Source: Balanoglossus misakiensis (Eukaryota; Animalia; Hemichordata). Taken from it: a stretch of DNA of 64,000 nucleotides. Position 1 is the first letter of the stretch, and every line of letters begins with the position of its first letter. Shown piece after piece: positions 23,188 through 34,716 of the stretch. The position numbers and the translations under genes were made by a program. Location of the stretch: contig CM082580.2 in NCBI GenBank assembly GCA_040954595.2, positions 8,410,390-8,474,389 of the forward strand. The letters run 5' to 3'. The notes beneath the pieces are model-generated. The model saw only the letters and a list, made by a program, of their open reading frames with translations. It did not search any database and was not told where the DNA came from.

Positions 23188-25802
23188 TTTAACAAAGCAT
23201 GAGTTCGGCAGTAAGGTTGCATGCTACAAACGTGAATCGGACCGTAAATAAGAAACCAGGGCGGCGACATAAAAGACCGCAACAGCCGTCGCAATGTTTA
23301 TCGGTTCTTTGCTTCGTGACTCGCTGATATCTCTTGATATTAAACCGAACGGCAAAGATAATTGTACACAAATCAAAGAGCCCGTTTTAATCGTTATGCG
23401 CTGAACCGTCCAGACATCAAATAAGGGTTGTGATGTTGCTACTTATACCGGAAAGCGATGGGAAATTTTTGCACTGATCAAAATGTCAACATATAGGCCT
23501 ACTTTAGAGGGAAGAATTTGATATTGTTAATACTGTTATGGAACTTTGCCTAACCATTTCTTGTAATGTGCTTGTCTGCTTTAAGTCTTTAAAATGTGTA
23601 CACGGAGATTAACTAATAATCTAATTCAGAACATAGATGTTGTCCTCCGATTCACTCTGTACTAGGCTATTTTAACGCTATGTATGAATTGCAAAAATTA
23701 AATCAGAAAATTGCTCAAATGTTTGCATGCACCCTGTCGTCTCCAGCCAAGCTGTGTGTGACTCAGAAAGCGCGAGGTTTTCATAATAGCTTTCGGGGTA
23801 TTTTTTGTCATTCATGATTGCGCATGCGGGATTTCTACACAGGTAGGATAAATCCGACCATCAAAGGAGTCCCCGAGGAAGCTATCCACAGTCAGTACAT
23901 GAAAACGACTATACAGGTCCCCGTTGGTATGCAATAAATGTCTCCCCGTTCATTAAGTACCGGGGCTAATATCAGCACCGTCCACTTATATGAATCAGTC
24001 GCATTTTCCAATATAAATCGATTTATTTGTAAAACAGACATCCTTCCCCTTCTTTACGGATGCATGACGTTTTTTCTTCCGGATTTACTATTTCCCCGAG
24101 AGCCGCGCGCAGGAAAGAAAACCCCGTTCGTCTTGAATATTGAAAAAGGTCGTAATGCGGCGACCCGCCGGTTTAACGACCCCCATTTCGCCCATTCTGA
24201 GCGCTAATTACACCGTTCAGGCCGTCCACGACACACATAAAGGATTTGGAACATACTTCAACGAGTCTTTTAATTTCCCGATGATTAGCTGCGGCATTAC
24301 CAGACAGATCGTAGACTTCGGTTTTTAACGAGTGCTACAAGGCGCCGCGTACACTGACGTTGTCGATCGTTCGTTGGCTGGTTGGCCGCGGTGTCCACAG
24401 GTCGGTTATCGGGAAAATGTGGCTGTCACCGTTGAGACTGGTCGCCTTCGGACACTCGAGGGATCTAGACCACATGGTCTTGGGCGTATCGCCAGTTAAA
24501 CTGATATCCTGGTCATCGTTGCACATATTCTGAACCTACTACTACTATATTGTATATACCGTATACATGATGCATGGTTTGTACATTTAAATGTAATTTC
24601 CTTTTATGTGCTCGGAAACTTCAGAAACAGATTGACGTGTGTTCACGAATAGGCTTTGGGTTTCTACAACAACGATGTTCTAGAAATTCTCACCATGTTC
24701 AGGTTATGAACACTGAATGTTCAACAATGCCGTTGCAGTCAGACGTTGACACCCCTTTAAGCTGACCAGAGAATTATTACATTTCATGGATAAAAACTAT
24801 ATACCAAATTTAATAAAAAATGTACAGCTGATGAATTGAATAATTTAGGCCTAAATATTTTAAAGTGCAGGTTATGCACCGATAATATCAAAATACACCG
24901 ACAAATGAAAATTTGTGTCGAGTGTTTCCGGATGCATTTGTTTTGAACTCTTGATTCGGCGGAGCTTTCGAGGGCATGCTGCATATAACGTAAGAAACGA
25001 GCCCACATGAAAACAGCCCCTACCATAAACCTTCATTAATTCTGCAACCTCCATCTCCATGAAATCACACCATCACCGCCTTTCATAATTGAAAGTTGAG
25101 CTTCATAATGTTAGCTGTAAATTTATTTTTACGAGGGAGAGCCGCAATAAGCCAAGGCTTCGCAGCTAATATCAAACACCCAACACGTATGAGAAATAAA
25201 ATTTTATCGGGATTGTCTGAGCATTTTTATGAAGATCAATACACGGCGTTGGAAGGGACTCATTCGGACTGTTTTTGTATAATGTTGGTGTGGATATAAT
25301 TATGATATATGAAAACTGTGTGCGGTGTATATACATGCGGCGCCACACACACTCTTCCTGGGCTTTGACTCAGGATAGCAGACAAATAGGCTTGAACCAG
25401 AAGGGGGAAAACGTAGAGATAAAATTGGTTTGAAGCGATGCGAGACAGGAGAGGTAAACACGAAGGGATGTGCCTATCTTTCTACGTTATATACGATTGA
25501 ACGGCCGCGAGATTTGGTAGCGCTGAGCTCTCTCTCCCGCGGGACTCCAAGTCACCCTCAAAAAAGTCTGTTTCCAGAGGCCAAGGACAAGGTGTACATG
25601 CTGTTTAGTTACTCACAGGCGCACGAGAAACGTGCCGTATTGTCCGTACAAACCATGGTGAATCTTCTTGCTCACCGGGTGCCCCCAACAATGATAAAAC
25701 GACATCACTGAGTATAGGCCTATACAACGTACATGTACGTCATAGACCACAGGAACCAAAACAAGAAGTCTCGCCCCTTTCCTTAAAACATATTGTCAGG
25801 TG

Positions 25803-26250
25803 CGTGTATAAAACATAAACATGAGTTAAAAAATAAAACATTTCTCCCTGCCCAGGGCACAATCAAACAGCGGAGGCATGGAAAGAGATGTTTACAGTTA
25901 TCGTTCAGCGGTCGTGTCGTTGAACACTACTCTTTTCTGCAAACGACCCTGTTGTACAATTCTCAAATAATGATACCTGTTCAGCATTTCTGATTGTCGA
26001 TGACAACATGTCCAAGCTTCTGCAATCGTGTATAAAACATAAACATGAGTTAAAAAATAAAACATTTCTCCCTGCCCAGGGCACAATCAAACAGCGGAGG
26101 CATGGAAAGAGATGTTTACAGTTATCGTTCAGCGGTCGTGTCGTTGAACACTACTCTTTTCTGCAAACGACCCTGTTGTACAATTCTCAAATAATGATAC
26201 CTGTTCAGCATTTCTGATTGTCGATGACAACATGTCCAAGCTTCTGCAAT
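25803..26250. repeat. Head-to-tail 224-bp tandem duplication (25803..26026 and 26027..26250)
   Basis: Both copies run cgtgtataaaacataaac...ccaagcttctgcaat and look identical by eye. The ORF track shows duplicated peptides. Confidence 0.95.
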
Positions 26251-26430
26251 TGTCTACCACCATAACATAGTCTCTCCTTTTTGACATTTAAAGTATTACT
26301 AAGAAAATTCTCTTTGAACCTGGAACAACAAGTATCCAGTTTCGTCAAAGTAACACGACGAGGGTGTTTCGTCTTTCAGTGTGGCAACTGATACCACGTC
26401 GTCCGCGAACTTGATATTAGACAAGACCTA
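25803..26430 (-). mobile_element. Degenerate non-LTR retrotransposon reverse-transcriptase relic (Rex1/L2/CR1-like)
   Basis: The minus strand reads NIKFADDVVSVATLKDE...YFDE (KFADD at 26412-26398), followed by FNVKK, VVIDNQ, EQV and YHYLRIV. This mirrors the RT C-terminal pattern KFADD...LNV.KT...I.G..VE.V..YKYLG, interrupted by stops and frameshifts. Confidence 0.6.
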
Positions 26431-28819
26431 GTAGTAAATCATCCACCTGGGTAGGCTAAGATATTGTCCAGGTATTTACTGCGCTTTGATCTGCTGGTTT
26501 CGTGGGCGGTACATGCATTTCTTAATGTGTGCACTTCGATGGTGTTTAGTGATTTTAACACATTTAGATATTCATGTGAGATTATTAACATAAGATGAAG
26601 TACTGAAATAAAAAACACACCAACTATAAATCAGTTCTGCGACTTTACGCGAATGTCCCGAAGTGTTGTTTTAACGACTTGTAAACAATATAAAATGTTA
26701 CTTTTATACGGTGTACTCTGCAATAGAAATAAATCGCCATTACTTTTAAACTAATCGACATTATTTTTTGTTCCCGATAAAAAATAACGCATTGGCAGTC
26801 TATCGTTTGTGAGACGTATTGGTTCAACAAGATTTCAGCTCATCTTCAGTAATCTCGAAATATGTCACTGGAATGTACGACGGAGTATAATCTCTGCGCC
26901 ATTCTGTTTCTGATAACTAATCAACAGGAGTTTATGTAGACACAATTCGATCCGTCGCCGTCTGCTCTTCAATCGTTTGCGGCTGTCCTGCCCAGAAACA
27001 AGTGTCACCACTTGTGAAGCAGAAACGCAGCTTTTTACGCTTGCAGTATTTTGCAGTACCGAAGAGCCACCTGAAGTATATCCATTACATTATTAAAAAA
27101 ACTGGGCCCGATCGCATGCCATCACGCTATTCGAACAGACTACAGGGGCGTTCAGGAGTTTGAGGCAATTAAAGACAACGTTAAAACATATACTTCAGGG
27201 GCCGCGCGATACAACTGTACAACTAAGAAATATATAAAGCGAAGAGTTCATTGCGATCGCATACTGAAATATCCAACTCCCATGCGAACGGAGCTAATTT
27301 AAAACCAGAAGACTGTAAATAATGAACGCGCTGGTTCTTAGTTTTTATAAGTGCAAACACACGGACCTTTTTTTTTTATAAAATCCCCGAATGAGCCAGG
27401 TAATTGTCACAGCAAAATGACCCGGTCCGAGAGGAATCGATCGATCAGTGAATGGATTACCCGCGCAACCAAGACGCGTCCGCCATTTGTATGCATTAAG
27501 CCGGTTCGGCTGAGGCGTAGATGATACATGCCAAACAGTTGAAAGGGGCATTTTTTCCGCCATTTGGTGGAACCATCAGGGAATTTTGACGGAAGTAATC
27601 ATACCTCTGCGACGACTCGTGGTTTTGATTTGTTGTTCAAATTGAGACATTAGTCGTTCAAATGGAGGGCGGGTGTGACGGGGTGGGTCTTGACGTGAAT
27701 ACTGAGAGCGGTTGTGGCTGTACTTATCGAGGCTACTACCCGGAAAGATCTTTTACGTGGGGGGTCAAAATAGATTCCTCGGGTTCAGGTCGGTGATATA
27801 TGGACTAAAAAGCAGCGTTTATTTTATCTCCTCAGGTTGATGCTCGTACGAAGATTCCACGACAGGTCCACCACTGCGCAAGGTAGGCCCAAAGCTATTT
27901 ATTTATAAACGCGGGAAACTATTCATTAACTTTCGACTAATATGGAAAAAAAGCAAAAAGTTGTGCTGTTAGAGATACTGTGTTTGGGGTGTAGCTGAGT
28001 CCATAAAGTCGTAGGGAATATCAGCATATCGTGTACTATGCAAAATGCAGCACCACTTACGTGTATAAACATGTGTTACGTTGTACATTCAGTAAAGCGT
28101 CCATTCTAGGAGTTAGTAAAAAGTAAAAATCTGTGCCATACTTTCTACAAGAAAGCCAATCCTGGTCGTTTCGATGCGTTAGGTGAATTGTGCAGCGCTA
28201 TCGAGATCTCAAAGGCGTGAAAAAATCCCTGCAGGAAAGCGCAGACCGCGCCATGGCAACCAATATACACGTATCAGATTTGAAACAACCGCCCCGTGGA
28301 AATTGCTCGCACGCTTAAGAACTTTCAATCAACGGGGAGATGTGATCAGAACAAAATGTTCAGGTTACTGGATGAAAGCTTATCTAGTCAAAACTTACAG
28401 GCGTTCACGACCTTCTGGTGTCGATAAGACAATCGCATAACGATGCGTGTTTCGATAACATAGATTTTTTTGTAGAATTAGGGTAGGCAGATTCGGGAAA
28501 CATGTCTTATATTGTTTTGAGGTCTACGACCCAAGGAAAAGCATCATTTCAAAATTAAATTCCCGGTTCCAATGACATTGCTGACTGCATGGGTCAGCCG
28601 CTTCGAAACAGGGTCAGTCAGGTCATCGGAACACGCATGGTTTAATAAAAAAACAATCATAACTTAAATGTGCCCTGCAAATTCCCAGCCCCAATCACCG
28701 GCCGAAAAAAACAAACGTTTTAATAGTTACGCATAAACGGTTTACGAGAAAAGAGGTGAAATGTGTCTCGCGTTTTCAAGAGAGTATGAGAGGGAGAAAC
28801 GCAGGACCGTTTCACTCAC

Positions 28820-28955
28820 CGACCCAGACCCCGGCGTTGACCATCATAGCAACAGTTGGCGTTCTCGTTTTCAGCGACTTCAAGGGGTGTGCTATAGCGT
28901 AGTAACGGTCGACCATCATGGCCGTCAGGGTTATACATGTCGCCTGCACCGTCAC
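28820..28955 (-). CDS. Kisspeptin-type GPCR paralog A, coding exon 2 (TM3 with DRY, ICL2, TM4); absent from the ORF track
   Basis: Acceptor ttcttcttccAG at 28957-28956; translates VTVQATCITLTAMMVDRYYAIAHPLKSLKTRTPTVAMMVNAGVWV; donor G|gtgagt. 136 nt, phase 0 to phase 1. VQATC.TLTAM is a KISS1R signature. Confidence 0.95.
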
Positions 28956-31900
28956 CTGGAAGAAGAAATTTTTTTAAGATCGGTAAATTTGACTAGCCAG
29001 GAGACTGTGCTTCGCATTAGTGTGGGCTATAGGATGTAAGGTGTAAATACGATCAAATTGTTAAATTTTAAGGCCAGCCACAGTGTGCCAACGTACATGC
29101 ATGTATGCTATGCCCAAGTCGTGTCGGCAATACTGGGAAAGAGAGTATAAAAACCTCCATCATCAATCATTGTTTCGACTCAATTGATGCGCAAGAATAC
29201 GACCCATCTCTAGAGACATGTTGCATAATTTACAGAAGAACACATTTAACCTGTCGGTTGATATAGTACGAGCGTTCCCTTGGCTCCAAAGCTATATTGT
29301 CCCCTTATTTGTGACCCACTTCCAAGGCCGGCCATCATAATCCAAGCGCATATGCTGCGGATAGAATCAGCATTAACCAAATGATCTCTGACGATCATCG
29401 GCAGGTGTGCTGAAAAGTAAACGATTCACGATGCTTTTCTAACATTTAAATGTTGATTTACAAAAAAGGAGCCCTATTTATTTTTCCACGGAATCGGCTC
29501 TGTGTTCGTTCGTAGTATGTTATTGTTCGACGATGACGTCCATGATTAAATCCAGATTTCAGCTTTGGCTTGTCATAAAATGAGGACCGGTTGTAAGTTT
29601 CGATATGCAACATTCCTATGTTTGATAAAAAATGAAAAAAAAAACACCTTGGAAGATTCTGGTTACAACTATGCACTGCGCACGGGGTGTTGCCATTATT
29701 GCTAATGAATCATGTCATGTAAGTCGTTAACAAAGTGTATTCCCTCGTGTATAGAGTGTCACACCCCCGGGTGTCACCATGTCACATTAGCGGAGACGCG
29801 ATTTTTGTAACGAACGTCCACAATCTGTTACTCCTCATTTTTGCTGTCTCTCAGAGAGTGCACCCGAAGCTTTCGGGGGTACACTAAGTGCTTTAAAACG
29901 TCGGGCTATATAGCACAATCAAGGACAATAGGCTCCAAGTGTGGAATGCAGAGATTATGCGCATGCGCTCGTTATACATAGCAATCAATAATGCAAAAGG
30001 AAATTCCTGTCGCATATATATTGCTAATAAAGCTTGTATACCACCATAATTCGAATATGACCAACACAAACATACGATGAAGCGGCCGCACACACTCCAT
30101 CACTTTAATTGCATGCACGATCGTATTTCACTCCCACGTGAAAGGAAACCGACTCCGTTTTTCTTTTCTTTCCTTAAAACTGCACCCCGCTTCCGATAGC
30201 AGTTGCGCAAATCAAATAAGAGAGCGACCAAATTGCATTAATCAACCGCGCTGAAAGGGCTTGTTTACCCGGTGCCTAAATTATCGAGCGACTAAATTTG
30301 AAAGTTGGGTCCGCCGTGAGAGTGTCAGGTTCCAAAAGCAAACACGCGGACTTCTCTCAGATCGTGGTAACCGTTGGGGAACTTACAATCAAAAGTTCGC
30401 TTTCTGTGTATTTTATGTACGATCTGTAACACAACGACGTACTTAATTGAGAGTGCTTCATACGACGGAACTCCCGGAGGTCTCAAAACACTCTCGACTT
30501 TGCAGACTTTTTCTTCTCGAAAGGGGAAATCGAAACTCCGCCGAGGTTTACACACCGCGACACGCACGAATATATATCATTTTATTAAGTCTACAAATAT
30601 CAAACTTCTATGGACAAGATTTAATCTCGCCTGGAATTTGGTATTGTGCGTATACAAATTGTGCGTAGACCCAGCAAAAACATTACCATACAGTGTGCGA
30701 TTTCAGTATGCAAATCACACGCTGGTAAATTGTAATGACTATTATATTACGCTTTAAGCATAGACAGAATATAACTGTCTATGGTTTAAGGGCGTCTATA
30801 ATTTACATAGCAAATAGCCGGAACCAACGTAAAGAGTTGATACCCTTGATGCCACGCCAATGTTCAGAGGCGAAGAACCTTTTCAACCTGTCGCTGGTTC
30901 TAAAAAATCTCAATGTTAGGGTTGCTACAGCTATTGATTTTATGAAGCGACAAAGATCGAGGTGAACAGTATACGGCATGAGAGCGCGCCAGGAACGGCA
31001 TGGAAGCAACAAAAAGCTATCGACATTTTCAAGTAGACGTTTCGGAAGTAAGAATGATTCGCAATATTGAACGGCATTAATGGGTTTCCGAAAAACCCGC
31101 CCACAATGTGGTCAGGGCATATAGACTGTGCGTTATTAAGGCAGACGGGGATTAGTCCGACTGAACCATTCATCATGCAAAGAATGATATAACGTCCCGT
31201 GAATTTCGGCTTATCCGGCATTAACTTTACGGTGTCCGTCGATCGTGTCGACACTTGACATTAAACTCCTGTGTGTAGCTTGCAACGGATCCGTCGTCCA
31301 AATTGCACTGCACTTCGTTACTGGCGCGCTGTAGGCTAAAATATTAGACTGCGTCGTTAAAAGTTTAACGGGGTGCGTAAATCAGAGCCGCTCAATTTGC
31401 AGAAATATCAACATTTAAATCTCTCGTGCTCTCTGATCGCCGGTTGCAGAAACATCATTATTCGAATCCTGTGCTATTAATGGCTTTTGTAAACGTCACC
31501 GTGGTTTCTAACGTATTTGAATATATCATCACTCTTGCGCAATACGCAATCACGTCACATGGTCTCATTCACATGACACAAGCACACAATTGATATTGCC
31601 TGACCAGGTGGCATATTAAGTGACTTGTCATTCTTACTCTGTCTGCCTGTGTCGGTCTGTTTGTCTGCCTGCCCGCCCACCAGCCCGTCCGTCTGTCTGT
31701 TTGTCTCAGTACATGCGGCAGAAACTCTGCTCTGCACTTAAAATCGCATACATATGTAGGTCGCATGCGCAGTTAAGATCAACTTAGCGTGTAATCCTAA
31801 AGAGTATGCTGGTATTATACTATTCACGTCGCGTGAGAGTATAAGAACAAGTCTAAGCTTATGGGTTAACTTTATGGGTGTTTGGGAAATGTCACAAACC

Positions 31901-34320
31901 TCACCCTTGTTAACATAACCTCAAGCTGTCGCATCTGTTAGAGTCAAGGTTATTACTTGAACTTGCAGATATATTGCGCCGAGAGACGTGATATGATTTG
32001 CTAGGAAAGGGGAGGGTATAATTTGTTGTGGATAATATCTGGCACATACGAAGGAGACCATGAGCGCGTGCTTGGCAACCAGTACCTAGTCTGTCCCAGA
32101 TGAACGGATTTACGAAATGAAAGTAACGAGTGATTTACAACGAGTGCGTATAGATGCTTCCTCCGTGGAAACGATCTGTGTTCCGGGGATTTTCGTTTAC
32201 AGTGTGTTCATTGGCCGCTCTTCTTTGCTGGCGTAATGGAACGAGATGTGACCCAGGCAACTCCGCCAGGCGTCACGAGACGGATCGACACTCGGGGGGG
32301 GTCCTGGGCAAGTTTCCCTGACCGACGATTCAAGACACCGTGACCCGTTAACGGTGGATTACATTATTGGCGTATAATGGTAGCATTGGAATTGATCTGC
32401 AAAGAGACATCCATCCACATTAAAGAACATCCCCCGCCCACGTTGGAAACAAATGGTATACAACATAATTATATACACTGGTTTCGCGTTTGACTCATTC
32501 CTTGATACGCAGCTGGCGCGCGCAGACTCACAACCTGTCAACGAGCATCCATCACAGCCATAAATAAACCATCTTTTGGAAAGCACGATGTTGATTATTT
32601 TAAAAATTTATTCCCGGGGAGATTTAAAGGGACAGGATCGGCAACTGTTAAATGTTATTTAATGGCGCATCTTTATTAGCCGCGGCAGTGTTATCCGTTT
32701 GTGAGCAATGCATGTCAACAGGTTATCCATGCGCTTTCTGTGTCGACAGACCAGATGTTGAATTTTATTTACAGGCTGTCCTTGGGACGATAGAGCAATA
32801 GACAAGGACGTGTACTGACATGTTAGAATAGATTCCGGTTATTATACCATTCCCAGTTCTACGTCATTTTAATTGAATATAAAAAAACAAAATCTGCTTC
32901 TTTGCGTTACTGTTTGGATTGTGTGAATCGGGGGTTGTGAATAATATAACGCCAAATCCCAGGATACTTGCATGCGCGCTGACCTGTTTTAACGTATGGA
33001 TAACCACAACTACAGTCTTTAAGTTGGCGAATGCCACGATGCATTCAAATTTATCATTTGGTCTGCATCGGCCTCTCATTTAGATCAAAATTCTCGCGCG
33101 CCACAATTCCGTGTATTTATGCGACTTATGGGGGAGTTCAGTCCCACGTGACTACCTATGCTTTTTTGTGGGCATGGTCGTAAACGCCGGTGCTGATTCG
33201 TGTCTGGGTTTAAATCTCACAAGGTTTGATCTCAGCGCCTGTTTCTTCGTATTCTGTTCTCGACCCTGCACTGTGCGGCATTACAAAAGAAGAACACTCT
33301 TTTCACAAAGAAAACCACTCATTGAATTTTAGCGATAAATCTACACCAGCAGTCAGGTGAAATTTGACGTGATGGTGATCAAGACAAACCCGAATATAGA
33401 TGTGTTCGTGAAAAAGACGAGACGTGTGCGAATGTTTTGACTAATGTGGAAGAGGAGTTCTTACACCTTCATTTGACAATCGGATTTCTCGCCAGACATT
33501 TCAATATATTTCTCCGGGTTTTATTTCCTCACCAACCGATGAAGCCCAAGCGGAAAACGGTGCGCAAGGCTCATTAACAGGTGTAACTCACGTCAAAATC
33601 GCTTAGGAAGGGAGAGAATGACGGCGTATTGTTGTCCTGACTATTTAGTCTAATTGACTTGGATCAAGAATGAGACACGCCACTCTTTTCAGAGGTCGTC
33701 AAATCTGTACCTGTTCTTCGATTTCCGGCGTTTTCTTATTAGATGGTGCGCAGACGACACTCTCAATTTGGCGCGAACGATTTGTTCAGAGTCTCAACGC
33801 ATTGCAACCGCCACTTTCTAATATGGAGAGTGATAGCATACTGTTGCCCAGACTCGCAATCTGGCTGAATCTGCCTCACGTCGTAATAAATGACATCGAG
33901 TATTCATTCAATGGTGACAAAATGCCAGGTTTTGCTTTAACTGACTAGATACGGCTCGTCTGTCTAAGACGATACCTTCTCAAGTATAGTCCGCATTCTG
34001 TTGAAGCTTATATAAGCCGTGTCACCATCAAGCTTTTTATATCCCATAATAAATGTATGAAACAGGCGGTGTACAACATGTGCTCCCGGGACGCGTTCAT
34101 GTGCATACCTCTGAGTCGTTTTGTTTGCAAAGCAATCAAGGTTTACCCGCTCAGAGCACGCGTACTTGATTTTGATTTAAATTAAAGAATAATGAGCCCA
34201 GATCTCTTGTGGTCAATTTGGCCAATATACATGTACTTGAAAAAAACACGATCACGGGCGATCTGTTTGTGAGTAAGGCTGTCGGTTGTCTTTACGGGAA
34301 CCGATGGAACGCATACTTAC

Positions 34321-34716
34321 ATTTATCAAGTAGAAACTGAACTTGCACATGAAGCTGCCGAAGTACCACTGGGTGGAGTTGACGGTGGCGGTGAACGGCA
34401 CACAGAAGAGGAGAAAGGAGAAATCGGTGATGGCCAGGCTCAGAATGTAGTAGTTGGTGGCGGTCCTCATGCGCTTGTTCTTCAGGATGACGAATATCAC
34501 CAGGAAGTTCCCCGTGAGACCCACCAGGAAGATCAGGGCGAAGATCAGCGGCATCAGCCAGGTCTCCAGGAACACCGGGTGCGGGGTGTCCGTCCAGTTG
34601 CCGTATCCCGCGTAGTAGTCGTACCCGGCCTCGTAATAGCCGCGGAAGTCCCCCGTGGAAACGTTGTACTCGACGTTGCTGGTGGCGTTCGGCGCCGTTT
34701 CGATTTTCCAAGACAT
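34321..34716 (-). CDS. Kisspeptin-type (KISS1R/GPR54-like) GPCR paralog A, coding exon 1 (N-terminus to start of TM3); full protein 438 aa
   Basis: ATG at 34716; motifs ETWLMP, GLTGN, MRTATNYYI, CVPFTA, FGSFMCKF; donor AAT|gtaagt in phase 0. 396+136+785 = 1317 nt, in frame. 5'-UTR acceptor ctcttAG at 34961-34960. Confidence 0.95.

Noticed and set aside
25793-26217. Duplicated short ORFs suggesting a tandem gene pair or array
   Set aside because: Produced by the 224-bp duplication of non-coding LINE debris; there is no CRISPR-like repeat-spacer structure.
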